In this document: in pieces, positions 18,077-27,606 of the stretch
Position numbering within the stretch: the stretch's first letter is position 1
How the letters are laid out: each line of letters starts with the position of its first letter
Assembly (NCBI GenBank): GCA_036170915.1
Contig: JAVHQC010000033.1
Span: forward strand, 224,001-288,000
Length of the DNA stretch: 64,000 nt
Origin: Cyanobacteria bacterium auto_48_18
GTDB taxonomy: Bacteria > Cyanobacteriota > Vampirovibrionia > Obscuribacterales > Obscuribacteraceae
Reading direction: 5' to 3'
Translations under genes and position numbers: made by a program
The notes under the pieces: generated by a model
The model's database searches: none
The model's input: the letters and a program-made list of their open reading frames with translations, nothing else
What the model was told of the DNA's origin: nothing

Positions 18077-19096
18077 TTAGCGACCTTCTGCCACAATGCG
18101 TGCCCACACTCTATCTATTTCTTTTTGCAGTGCCGGAGATAGTTTGCTACGTTGTTCATCTAGGTACGGTTTAGCCGCGCTGCCCATAATCAAAAGGTCT
18201 TGTTCAGCCATGCGCCTGACTAAAATATCAGGGTCAAGCAACTTGGTAGATTGGCAGATGGGCCGCATGCCAGCCTGCAGATTGACTGAATGTTGAGCTG
18301 AAATCAAATTACCTTTTGCACTGAAGTGCAATTTTGCGGTAATGGCTCCACTATTTCCACCAACAGGGCGAACGGTTGAAGCGCCACTAACGGTGGTGCC
18401 GGCATTTTCATTTAAGACCTTCATGTCATCTTCAGCAATAGAAAATTGATACATGCCGTCTTGTGCCAACATCTCGGCCAGAGTGAGGTAAGCAGCAAGA
18501 GCTGCGCGGGCTTCACGATCACTTTTAACTGGGGTGATGTGCTCACGAAAATGCTTTTTCATTGCCTCTTCTGTTGTGATCAGCACCGGTTTGGCAGATG
18601 CGTCGAAAGCAAAAATATTGTTACTGCTTAATGGTTCAGGCACGTTGAAAGCCACTGGCCACTGCGGAAATTTAAGGGAGTAAAAAATTGAATCAGGGAT
18701 AGCTTGAGCGAGAGACTTATTCTCCAAAAATTGCAGGTGCGCTCTCGAGAGCATGGGCGGGCCTGCCAGGCTGCTCAAATTTTTCACGGAAAAGGCGATC
18801 GATTTACGCGGGTTAAAGTTGGATGGTAATTTCACCCTACTTATTGCGCCTACTTCAGCGGCCGAGGGGGTTCCTATGTTCAACTGATCTTTTACCGGCG
18901 CCACTCGCCCTGGTCGCGATGTTTGTGGATAAGCGACACCAGATCCGCTCGCCGCAGTGCTGCTGGAACCACTAATTCCGGTTGTCTCTTCTTTGATTTG
19001 CTCCGGTTGAGCGCTGGCGGCCTGAGAATTATAAAGTGACGAGCAAGGTGCTGTGACGATAATGAGTGCAGCGAATAACTTAAGGCATTTTTTCAT
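18077..19096 (-). CDS. secreted hypothetical protein
   Basis: MKKCLKLFAALIIV signal-like start at ATG 19096; helical C-terminus RPICQSTKLLDPD...MAEQDLLIMG. Confidence 0.75.
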   Translation of the reverse strand: MKKCLKLFAALIIVTAPCSSLYNSQAASAQPEQIKEETTGISGSSSTAASGSGVAYPQTSRPGRVAPVKDQLNIGTPSAAEVGAISRVKLPSNFNPRKSIAFSVKNLSSLAGPPMLSRAHLQFLENKSLAQAIPDSIFYSLKFPQWPVAFNVPEPLSSNNIFAFDASAKPVLITTEEAMKKHFREHITPVKSDREARAALAAYLTLAEMLAQDGMYQFSIAEDDMKVLNENAGTTVSGASTVRPVGGNSGAITAKLHFSAKGNLISAQHSVNLQAGMRPICQSTKLLDPDILVRRMAEQDLLIMGSAAKPYLDEQRSKLSPALQKEIDRVWARIVAEGR

Positions 19097-19136
19097 AGAT
19101 AAATTGCCGTCTCTAGGGAGATAGCATTTTATCAAA

Positions 19137-20372
19137 TCAGCCGCTAAACGCTAGAGCCTTAAGTGAAGGTATTCTTCTGCCATCAGCCCATTGCAGTTTT
19201 TCTAATACTTTGGTTAGGCCGTCGCCGCTCCAAGACCAGTGGTGCAGCACAATCATTGCTTGTTCTGCAGTAAGAAATCCTTCTCTGGTCAAAAGCAAAC
19301 ATCGCTTGCTGGCGTCCAGGGCTGAATGGTTGATGATACCTGTTTTCAGCAACCTTTCTTCAAGGGCATCGCGATCATCTTCTTGATGAGTAGGAAGGTG
19401 TCCAAGTCTTCTGATATCGTAGGCGGTGACTAGCCCAGAAAGCCGCAGCAAATGATAAAGAGTGATGTTGCCATCATATGGGTCAGCTTCGCGCATCATT
19501 TCTTTTAGCGCTTTAGATAGCGAAACATTTTTTGCAAATATAAGCTTAAGTGCGCGTGCGGCTCTATCTGGTGTTAGCTCATGCTTGGCAGTCATAGTTT
19601 GCAGGCGCACAGCCGACGCAATTAGTGCAGCGCTGAACATGCCGCTTTCGACAATGTATTGACCAAGTGTCTGCGCCATGCCCTCTTTTTCTTGTTTAGC
19701 ATAAAAGACTTTCAGATCGTTATCCATTAACAGACCAGAGAGCAATAACAGTTCATCTAAGCGCAAGTAAGGCTCCGGGGAATTAAGCAGAGCAATGTCA
19801 CAGCTTGAGTTTGTGGTTAACGTCAAGCTTGTTGCTGAGTTGAGTGCAGCTATCGCTTCGCTTCTTTCAGTTCGGCCACACCTGATTAAGGATTGCGCAC
19901 TCAGGGCGGCACCTAACAAACTAGGAGATAGCAAGCCCTGAAGTACAAGCACTCTATTTAGTGGCAGGCCCACATGTCTGCTGAGACCGTGAGCATCGTC
20001 AATACTTTTCTGGGTAAGAATACCCGCTTCAATTAAGATTGTGCCAAGGTTGTCCTGATCGCGATTAACGTCGCCTTCCCAGCCCAGTTCTTGCAAAGCC
20101 GTTGCTAACGAAGTTTTGCTACCGGCAACCCTTTGTAATGCTCTGATGGCTACGTCGTACGCAAGCACATTTTGCCGAATCAGATTCTGCAATGTCAGTG
20201 CCGCTTCCATGGTTTTTTGACGGCAGAGGCCCATCATCACCAGCACGCGTCCGGTTGGCAAACTATTTTTGTGGGCGATGCATAGAACCTGACACAGTTG
20301 CTCAATTTTAAGCAAACCTGCTTTGTAAAACAGCTCGCCCAACAATGCCCTGTTATCAATGCCTGCTGTCAT
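19137..20372 (-). CDS. protein made of tandem MshEN-like repeats
   Basis: Repeated LGxxLxxxGxxxxxxLxxAL motifs: LLGELFYKAGLL, TGRVLVMMGL, NLGTILIEAGIL, RLDELLLLSGLL, TLGQYIVESGMF. ATG 20372 preferred. Confidence 0.75.
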   Translation of the reverse strand: MTAGIDNRALLGELFYKAGLLKIEQLCQVLCIAHKNSLPTGRVLVMMGLCRQKTMEAALTLQNLIRQNVLAYDVAIRALQRVAGSKTSLATALQELGWEGDVNRDQDNLGTILIEAGILTQKSIDDAHGLSRHVGLPLNRVLVLQGLLSPSLLGAALSAQSLIRCGRTERSEAIAALNSATSLTLTTNSSCDIALLNSPEPYLRLDELLLLSGLLMDNDLKVFYAKQEKEGMAQTLGQYIVESGMFSAALIASAVRLQTMTAKHELTPDRAARALKLIFAKNVSLSKALKEMMREADPYDGNITLYHLLRLSGLVTAYDIRRLGHLPTHQEDDRDALEERLLKTGIINHSALDASKRCLLLTREGFLTAEQAMIVLHHWSWSGDGLTKVLEKLQWADGRRIPSLKALAFSG

Positions 20373-20580
20373 AGTTCGTGAGTTTCCGAAAGTGAAGGTG
20401 AAAGTGAAAGTAGATAGGCTTGTCCAGTTAATAGAGCAGCGCTTTCCATCAAGTGCCCTAGTATTCATCTTGCATGATTACCGCTCGGCAAAAGTTAGGG
20501 TATGCCTATATCTTTGTCAGGGTAAGCCCATAGATTTGGTGACCATATATAATTGAAGGCCCGCTCTGAGCAAAAAACTG

Positions 20581-22368
20581 ATGTTGTCGATGAAGTTCTC
20601 GAAGATTCTGCCTCTGGCCTTGTGCGTATCGTTTTCCGCCGTGTTTACTCCATCTTGCCTGGCAGATCAGATTGATGCTATGGACGTCACAGTGGAAGCG
20701 GCTAAAGATAGTTCACTCCATGTAGTCGAGAAAATTTCCGCTAATTTTTCTCAACCCAGGCATGGCATTTTTCGTATCATGCCCGTTAAATACTCGCGCT
20801 ATGGAGCTGACTATACGCTTGATTTTCGGCTCAATTCGGTGCAAGACGAAAATAAACAGAAGATTGCACATCAGATAAGCAAACAGGGCTCGGACGTCAA
20901 TATCAAAATCGGTTCACCTGATAAAGAGGTGCTCGGCAAGCAGACCTATGTGATCGATTATAATTTGCATCGTGCTTTTAATTTTTTTCAAAACAAGCCA
21001 GAAATTTACTGGAACGTCACAGGCGACCAGTGGCCCTATGATATTAAAGAGGCCAGCCTGACTCTCAAACTGCCAGAGGGGGTCAGTGCAGGCGACGTTC
21101 GCACTCAGTCTTTTCTTGGTCAGCGTGGTACCGATAGTAGTGCCGGCATGGTCGAGAGAAAAGAAGGAAACGAGCTCTTCTTCCAGGCGTTTGAAATTAA
21201 GCCAGGCAACGGTATGACAGTGGTGGTAGGTTTGCCTGAAGGTTCAGTGTTGCCACCTGCGGTGGGCCTTCAAATTGGCTGGTTTCTAGTTGACTGGTGG
21301 CCTGCTATTTTGATTCCGGCATTCGCCTTTGGAGGGCTTTACGCCACGTGGCGACATCTTGGTAGTGATGAAGAACCAACTGGTGCTATTGGAGTAGATT
21401 GGCAGCCACCCAAAGAGTTGTCGCCGGCAGAAATGGGAGTAATTGTTGACGAGCGTGCTGATCTTAACGACATAATTTCAATAATTGTAGATATGGCAGC
21501 TCGCGGCTATCTACAAATTATCGAAATCGACAAACCTGGCTTCTGGGGCTCGTCTAAAGATTATCAACTGCGACGTACTTTTTCGTATAACGGTCGTCAA
21601 ACTTTCACCAGATCAATTGATGATTTTGATATCAAGCTTTTTGAGCGTCAAATGCTGCAATCGATTTTTCAATCTGGCAGCGGCGGTTGGCGCGATGATG
21701 TCACTCTTTCTGAGCTTACGCAGACTTCAGTCATCGATCTCGACCTGATAAAACAACAGCTCTATGGCACCATGGCTGAGAACGGTTGGTTTAAAGCCAA
21801 TCCTGAAGCCGTGCGCATCACATATAGATCTATTGGTGGGGCGCTTGTGGTGGTGCCTTTCTTTCTAGTCTTGACCACTAACCTGGGCGGAGTGCCCTTA
21901 GTTCTTGGTACTCTGTTTTCAGGCATATTGTTTTTCTTTTTTGCTGGTGCCATGCCTGCCCGTACATTAGCGGGTGTGCGTTTGCGACGGCAATCGCTGG
22001 CCTTTGCGCGCTTCGTTGATAAGGCCGAAAGACAACGAATTAAAGTCATGGCTGATAAAGATCCCACGATTTTTGGTCGCCTGCTTCCTTATGCACTAGT
22101 TCTGGGAGCCGCGGATCGCTGGGCCAATGCATTTGAGGGTATTGCTGTCACTGCGCCGTCATGGTACGTCAGTTCAGATCCTAGTTACATGTTCAATCCG
22201 CACACATTCGTGCACGATATAGGCTCGGGCGTCGACTCTATGGGCACAGCTATAAAAACGTCTCACCAGGCATCTCAACAGACTTCTTCTGCGGGGTCAG
22301 GGGGTAGTGGTTTTTCTGGTGGTTCGAGCGGGGGTGGTTTTGGTGGGGGAGGTGGTGGGTCCTGGTAA
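20581..22368 (+). CDS. DUF2207 domain membrane protein
   Basis: RHGIFR, EIYWNVTGDQW, PPKELSPAEMG, DMAARGYL, FGRLLPYALVLG and Gly-rich C-terminus GGGGGSW. Confidence 0.9.
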   Translation: MLSMKFSKILPLALCVSFSAVFTPSCLADQIDAMDVTVEAAKDSSLHVVEKISANFSQPRHGIFRIMPVKYSRYGADYTLDFRLNSVQDENKQKIAHQISKQGSDVNIKIGSPDKEVLGKQTYVIDYNLHRAFNFFQNKPEIYWNVTGDQWPYDIKEASLTLKLPEGVSAGDVRTQSFLGQRGTDSSAGMVERKEGNELFFQAFEIKPGNGMTVVVGLPEGSVLPPAVGLQIGWFLVDWWPAILIPAFAFGGLYATWRHLGSDEEPTGAIGVDWQPPKELSPAEMGVIVDERADLNDIISIIVDMAARGYLQIIEIDKPGFWGSSKDYQLRRTFSYNGRQTFTRSIDDFDIKLFERQMLQSIFQSGSGGWRDDVTLSELTQTSVIDLDLIKQQLYGTMAENGWFKANPEAVRITYRSIGGALVVVPFFLVLTTNLGGVPLVLGTLFSGILFFFFAGAMPARTLAGVRLRRQSLAFARFVDKAERQRIKVMADKDPTIFGRLLPYALVLGAADRWANAFEGIAVTAPSWYVSSDPSYMFNPHTFVHDIGSGVDSMGTAIKTSHQASQQTSSAGSGGSGFSGGSSGGGFGGGGGGSW

Positions 22369-22666
22369 GACCAAGCACCACATGGTGAAGTTAGAAGTTT
22401 TTGGTTGCAAATGGAAACATTTTGCCGCCGCCGGTTGTCTAAGTTATTCTGTGGCCGAACTGAAGGCTACGTTGGGTTGACGGTTTTGGACCTTTGCCCG
22501 GCTACTTCGTTTGTTTATGGTAAGAAATGGCCAGATTTTTCACTGTCAAGTGGCATAAAATCACTAGAATGTGGAAAATGGGCTATTAGTAAGAAGGTTG
22601 TTAGCCGCCTCGCCGTCTGATAAAACCGACAATTCGCTGGCTTCTAAGTTAAGGATCGATATTGAA

Positions 22667-23710
22667 ATGAAGAAGAGAACCTCAATGTTTAAAAACAAGG
22701 CTCTAATTGCCCCTGGTCTGTCTCTATTGATGACAGCAAGCTTAGGTCTAGCTAGTTTTAGCCCGGCCCTTGCGCTAGAAAATTTAGACGACGTGGGTCT
22801 GTTCAATTCAATTACGGTCACTCGCAACGCCAGAGAAGCGGCTAAACAAGCTAAATCCAGTCAGTGGGAAGCGGCCCTGCGGGCCTACCGTCAGGCCATC
22901 GCTAATGCTTCCAATTCGCCAGAAAGCAAAGACCTTTTTTATGGTCTTTATAATGCGGCGCAAAAGTCAAACGACTGGAATACCGCCGGACAGGCCCTTG
23001 ATACGATTTTTGAGAATGATCCCACAGCCAAAGCTCACCTTTTGGCAGAGTATGGTCAGGTGCTGACTAATCAAAACCGTTTTGACGAAGCTATTCCAGT
23101 ATTGAAGAAGGCCCTCGCCACTGCCGACACTGATCAGAATTTTCTGCCCACTAAGTTGCGCGAATTGATGATTAAAACCGAAACAGTTAAAGAAGTTCCA
23201 AAGCGCGAACTGACCCAAGAAGAAAAGGATCGCATGATTGCTGAAGTGACACCACGAAAAATTGAGCACCGCGAAACGGTGCGTGGTGAAGACGTAAACG
23301 TGCAGCATTCAGCCAACGCCAAGTCATTTGAAAACGCTTACAGCTATTGCGAATTTATTGGTATCTGCGTCTACGAAGGATATGAAAAATCGCCTGACAT
23401 AACATTTTTCCACCCGCCAATCGCCAACTTCAAAATTGAGAAAATCTTGAAGGGACCGAAATTGAACAGAACGTTCCCAGTTCGTTTCGAATTCCATGAT
23501 AAGACAGCCAAAGATAGGCCTAAAGATTGGAAATTCTCAGAAGACATGATGCCGAAGAAAGGCTCACGTTGGCTACTATTCACCGATGCTGCCATTCCGA
23601 CTAATGGTGCCTTTGAAACATTCCGCGGTAACTTTGGCCGCATGGAAGCAACCGATGAAAATCTGGATCAAATTTACAGAGTTATCGAATTGCACCGTGG
23701 TCAACAATAA
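22667..23710 (+). CDS. secreted TPR protein with uncharacterised C-terminal beta domain (paralogue of 24476-25480)
   Basis: Signal peptide and TPR helices (AEYGQVLTNQNRFDEAIPVLKKAL). Start at ATG 22667 or 22685. Confidence 0.8.
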   Translation: MKKRTSMFKNKALIAPGLSLLMTASLGLASFSPALALENLDDVGLFNSITVTRNAREAAKQAKSSQWEAALRAYRQAIANASNSPESKDLFYGLYNAAQKSNDWNTAGQALDTIFENDPTAKAHLLAEYGQVLTNQNRFDEAIPVLKKALATADTDQNFLPTKLRELMIKTETVKEVPKRELTQEEKDRMIAEVTPRKIEHRETVRGEDVNVQHSANAKSFENAYSYCEFIGICVYEGYEKSPDITFFHPPIANFKIEKILKGPKLNRTFPVRFEFHDKTAKDRPKDWKFSEDMMPKKGSRWLLFTDAAIPTNGAFETFRGNFGRMEATDENLDQIYRVIELHRGQQ

Positions 23711-23735
23711 TTTGAGCTTGAAAGGGGTTTTGAAA

Positions 23736-24275
23736 ATGACGTTTAAGGTTACGACAGCAATCACACTTCTTGCACTGGCTCTATCTTTTGCTGTTGAGCA
23801 GGCGCATGCACAAGGTGCCAGCAGAAAAGAGCAAATTCACCAGAGCTTGCTCAAGTGTTATGAACAGATGGGAAAAACTGTTGAGCAGGGGCAGGAATAT
23901 GCCACTCTGATAGCTTTGAGACCGAATGATGGTGTGTTGCGTTATAACTATGGCCATCTTTTGCAAACATTAGGCAATAAAAAAGGTGCTCTTGCTCAAT
24001 TTAAGGCAGCGGCGCAATATTCTCCCGGTAACACTGATATTCGGGGAACTTATGGTCAGATGTTGCTCTATGCTGGTGACTATCAAGGCGCTTACAACAA
24101 TTTGGGCGCTGCCATGCAAATGGCTGGTGGTGAGAAATACAGGGCAGGTTTTACTGCTGCGCAACAATATTTGCAGCAGCAACAACAGCAGCGTATGCTT
24201 AATCAACAGAATGCGCCTGGTCCAGCTGCTAAGGGTCCTGGTGCTAAGAAACACGTTGACGAAGACGACGAATAG
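23736..24275 (+). CDS. secreted TPR protein
   Basis: AAAGGGG RBS, signal peptide ending AHA, TPR repeats, poly-Q tail. Confidence 0.8.
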   Translation: MTFKVTTAITLLALALSFAVEQAHAQGASRKEQIHQSLLKCYEQMGKTVEQGQEYATLIALRPNDGVLRYNYGHLLQTLGNKKGALAQFKAAAQYSPGNTDIRGTYGQMLLYAGDYQGAYNNLGAAMQMAGGEKYRAGFTAAQQYLQQQQQQRMLNQQNAPGPAAKGPGAKKHVDEDDE

Positions 24276-24305
24276 TTTTCACTTACCGCACTCACTGAAC
24301 TTTAT

Positions 24306-24336
24306 AGAAAGAGCCCCCGGGGCTCTTTCTTGTTTA
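24306..24336 (+). terminator. rho-independent terminator
   Basis: AGAAAGAGCCC-CCG-GGGCTCTTTCT stem followed by TGTTT, about 30 nt after the stop at 24275. Confidence 0.75.
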
Positions 24337-24475
24337 CTAATAAGAAATTAGACGCAATTTGCTCGCAGTACTAGCGTGAAGTCAACGTGAAGTGCTTAGA
24401 TGGAATTAGAGGAAGTTTTGTTTGAGTGGCTCTTGAACAAAGCGGGCCCCGCTGTGCTTAATCAGGAGCTTAGAT

Positions 24476-25480
24476 ATGAAATATAGAACACTGGTCCCGT
24501 TACTGGCAGCCACATTTTCGCTTGCTATGAATCTTCCGGTCGTGGCCTTAGATGGTGTAGACGACGTGGGCGCATTCAATTCCATCACAGTCACTCGCAA
24601 GGCGAGAGAAGCGGCTAAACAAGCTGAAAGCGGTCAGTGGCCGCAAGCGCTTGATGCCTATAGACAAGCGCTTGGTTTAGATCCAAATGCCAGTGATTTA
24701 AATTATGGTCTGTATAATTCGGCGGTGCATGTGCAAAATTGGAACCTGGCCGGTCAGGCTTTAGAGAAGATTTTTGAGTTTGAGCCTGGTGCTAAACCTC
24801 ATCTAAAAGCAGAGTATGGGCAGGTTCTGACTAATCAGGGTCGCTTTGACGAAGCGGTGCCGGTTTTGAAATTAGCCCTCGCGGCACCAGACTCTGACCA
24901 GTATTTTCTCGGCAACAAAATAAAAGAGTTGATGACAAAAACTGCCAAAGTAGTCGTCAAAGAAAGTGTGCCGCTCACTGCTGAAGAAATGGAAGGACTG
25001 CGCCAGAAAGAAGCTCCACGAGTAGTTCCACAGGTGCCGATTATTTACGGCAAAGATGTGAACGTGCAAAAATCGAAGGCAGCCAAATCTTTTGAGAACG
25101 CATTTTCGTACAGTGAGTTTATTGCTATCTGTACATATGAAAGCTATGAAAAGGCCGATGATATCTCATTCTTTAACCCACCCAGAGCACATTTTCGTAT
25201 CGACAAAATTTTGAAAGGCCCTAATCTAAACAGGGCGATGCCGGTGCGTTTTGAGTTTCATGATAAGACCGCCACAGAAAAACCTCAGGGTTGGGAATTC
25301 TCAGATAGCATGATGCCTAAAAAAGGTTCTAAGTGGATATTGTTTACTGATGCGGCCATTCCCACCGAAACTGCTCAAAATTCTTTTGAAACTTTTCGCG
25401 GCAATTATGGCCGCATGGAAGCGACTAAAGAAAATCTGGACGAAATTTACAGAGTCAGGGCTTTGCACCAGGGGCAGTGA
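24476..25480 (+). CDS. secreted TPR protein (paralogue of 22667-23710)
   Basis: Near-colinear similarity: DDVGxFNSITVTR, KSFENAxSYxEFI, PVRFEFHDKTA, FETFRGNxGRMEAT, terminal HxGQ. AGGAG RBS. Confidence 0.85.
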   Translation: MKYRTLVPLLAATFSLAMNLPVVALDGVDDVGAFNSITVTRKAREAAKQAESGQWPQALDAYRQALGLDPNASDLNYGLYNSAVHVQNWNLAGQALEKIFEFEPGAKPHLKAEYGQVLTNQGRFDEAVPVLKLALAAPDSDQYFLGNKIKELMTKTAKVVVKESVPLTAEEMEGLRQKEAPRVVPQVPIIYGKDVNVQKSKAAKSFENAFSYSEFIAICTYESYEKADDISFFNPPRAHFRIDKILKGPNLNRAMPVRFEFHDKTATEKPQGWEFSDSMMPKKGSKWILFTDAAIPTETAQNSFETFRGNYGRMEATKENLDEIYRVRALHQGQ

Positions 25481-25507
25481 CAGTATCGACTAAATAGAGA
25501 TTTAGAA

Positions 25508-27577
25508 TCAGTGGGTCAACTCGTCGTCGCATTCAACGTCGTCTAAAACGATTTGATTGCGACCACGTTTTTTGGCCAAATACAGCCGTCTGTCTGACAC
25601 CTGAACCAGCTCAAAGACAGATTCGCCATCTTTAGGATATTCGGCGATGCCACCAGAAAAACTTACCGAGAATTCTTCACCCTTGTCACCGGTGTATTTT
25701 AATTTTGTGAATTCATCCAGCACACGCGATACAGCCAGGTGCATCGTGCCCAGCGTCTCCCGTTTAAAGGCAAGAATAAATTCTTCACCACCCCAGCGGC
25801 CGCGCAAGTCATCTACACGGAAGCGCCTTGACAGAAGCTGACCGAGACCGGCCAAGACTTTGTCGCCTGCAAGGTGACCATAGCTGTCATTGACCTTTTT
25901 AAAATGATCAACGTCAAGCAAACAAATAGTAAAAGTAGTCTTGAGACGTTGTGCTTCTGCCAGAATTGCCGAGAGTTGCTCTGAAAAAGCCCGTCGTAAA
26001 AGCAGCCCTGTGGTAGTGTCTTTGTCTGAGCGATCTTTGAGCATGCGTGCTCGGTCAAGGCGCACTTTTACTCTGGTCAAAAGTTCTTCGTTGACTACAG
26101 GCTTAGGTAAGTAGTCGTCGCCGCCAGAGCGGAAAGCTTCAAGTCTGGCTTCTACTCCCACCTGACCAGTGAGGAAAATAATTGGCAAATCTTGCCAACG
26201 CGGAATTTGTCTGAGCATGCGACAGACTTCAAAACCTGTTACTGCCGGCATCATTACGTCGAGTAACAAAAGCTCCGGTGGATACTCTTGCATGGTTTCT
26301 AAAATTTGCGAAGGATCATTGATGATGCGCACGATCATGCCTTCGTTGCGTAGCACCAGTGCCACGGTATTGCAGAAAAATTCGTCGTCGTCGCAGATGA
26401 GAATGCGCGGTCTGCCACCCTGCCTGATGTTGACTAAATGCTGTACCGCTTTTTCCAGCGCGTCTGATTCAAGAGGTTTATCAAGGTACAGTGAAGCTCC
26501 TGCGTGAGCCGCTTCTACTCTGTCTTTTATCAGAGCCTGGCCAGAAATAAACGCCAGAGGTAAGTTTTCGAAACCTGGTAGTTCTCTCAGTTCACGAGCC
26601 AATCTGAATGACTCATCCGGATGTTCCGGAATAACGTTAATCAGCGCAGCATCAAGTGCGTAGACAACGGCTTTCTCAATTGCTTCTTTGTGATTGGTGG
26701 CGCGAATGATATCAACAAGCCGCTGCTTACCTAACTCGTGCACTATGGCTAGAAAGTCACTGTCAGAGTCTACGACCAATATGCGGGTCATAGCCGGGTT
26801 GTTCGGCACTTGTTTTACGGCGTCTGAATTGTTTACTGCTTGATTGATCTCGCGGCATTCTGCCTCGCCCGCCAATTGTGCCTCAACCAGCTTGCGATCA
26901 AGTTCCGCCCAGGCAATCAGCTGCTCTTCTCTTGATTGACTAGGCAGCACAATGGCCGCTTCTTCAATGAAATTCATATGGTCTGACACTTGCCTGAAGC
27001 CGAGAGATCCGCCTGTACCTTTTATCTTGTGCGCCAGGGCCTGTACTTCGGCTATTAACTCGAGATTGCCGGGTTCAGCTTTGGCCTTTTCAATGGCGTT
27101 CGAAAGATCGGCAATTCTGGTGGGTAATACTCGAGCGTACTTAGTAACGAGAGCCAAAAACATGGTCTCGAAATCTTTCATCTTTTGTTTGGCTGCTTCT
27201 GACTTATCACCATCGAACTGATGATCAATCTGAGCGCCAAAAATGTATGGAATGAGCGGCTTGTACACCATTAGTGATACCGATAGATCTGGTGTCACGA
27301 GTGGTTTGAGAGTATCAAAATGCTTCTGGTCTTGTGCCACCAGAATTACTTTGGCTGAGTTGCCGTTAGCCCGCAGTTTAGCCAGCCAGCTAACATCAGA
27401 CGTGTCTTTAATTGGACTGGCCAAAATAATCAGATCCAGGTCTTCACGGTTGAGAACACCAGTGGAGTCTTCGTTGTTGTCGGTTTGCAGAACCGTATGG
27501 CCTCTGCCTTCCAATACAGACGAGACAAGTTTAGAAAACTGCTTGTCTTCGTCAAAGAGGAGAATGTTTTTGCCCAT
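25508..27577 (-). CDS. diguanylate cyclase response regulator, REC-Hpt-REC-REC-GGDEF
   Basis: Hpt AHKIKGTGGSLGF; intact REC with ILICDDD...LLLLDVMMP; DVDHFKKVNDSYGHLAGD; RWGGEEF active site with RVDD I-site. Confidence 0.92.
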   Translation of the reverse strand: MGKNILLFDEDKQFSKLVSSVLEGRGHTVLQTDNNEDSTGVLNREDLDLIILASPIKDTSDVSWLAKLRANGNSAKVILVAQDQKHFDTLKPLVTPDLSVSLMVYKPLIPYIFGAQIDHQFDGDKSEAAKQKMKDFETMFLALVTKYARVLPTRIADLSNAIEKAKAEPGNLELIAEVQALAHKIKGTGGSLGFRQVSDHMNFIEEAAIVLPSQSREEQLIAWAELDRKLVEAQLAGEAECREINQAVNNSDAVKQVPNNPAMTRILVVDSDSDFLAIVHELGKQRLVDIIRATNHKEAIEKAVVYALDAALINVIPEHPDESFRLARELRELPGFENLPLAFISGQALIKDRVEAAHAGASLYLDKPLESDALEKAVQHLVNIRQGGRPRILICDDDEFFCNTVALVLRNEGMIVRIINDPSQILETMQEYPPELLLLDVMMPAVTGFEVCRMLRQIPRWQDLPIIFLTGQVGVEARLEAFRSGGDDYLPKPVVNEELLTRVKVRLDRARMLKDRSDKDTTTGLLLRRAFSEQLSAILAEAQRLKTTFTICLLDVDHFKKVNDSYGHLAGDKVLAGLGQLLSRRFRVDDLRGRWGGEEFILAFKRETLGTMHLAVSRVLDEFTKLKYTGDKGEEFSVSFSGGIAEYPKDGESVFELVQVSDRRLYLAKKRGRNQIVLDDVECDDELTH

Positions 27578-27606
27578 AGTCGCTACAAAACCAATGCCAG
27601 AGTTGT

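Noticed and set aside
20388..20411. GAA(A/G)GT hexamer run
   Set aside because: Short low-complexity tract with no spacers; not a CRISPR array or iteron set.
20373..20560. c-di-GMP riboswitch upstream of the MshEN-repeat gene (GGGCACTTG on the minus strand)
   Set aside because: The downstream TGCAACC pseudoknot partner of class II and the GEMM class I core are absent by eye. An Rfam cmsearch would settle it.
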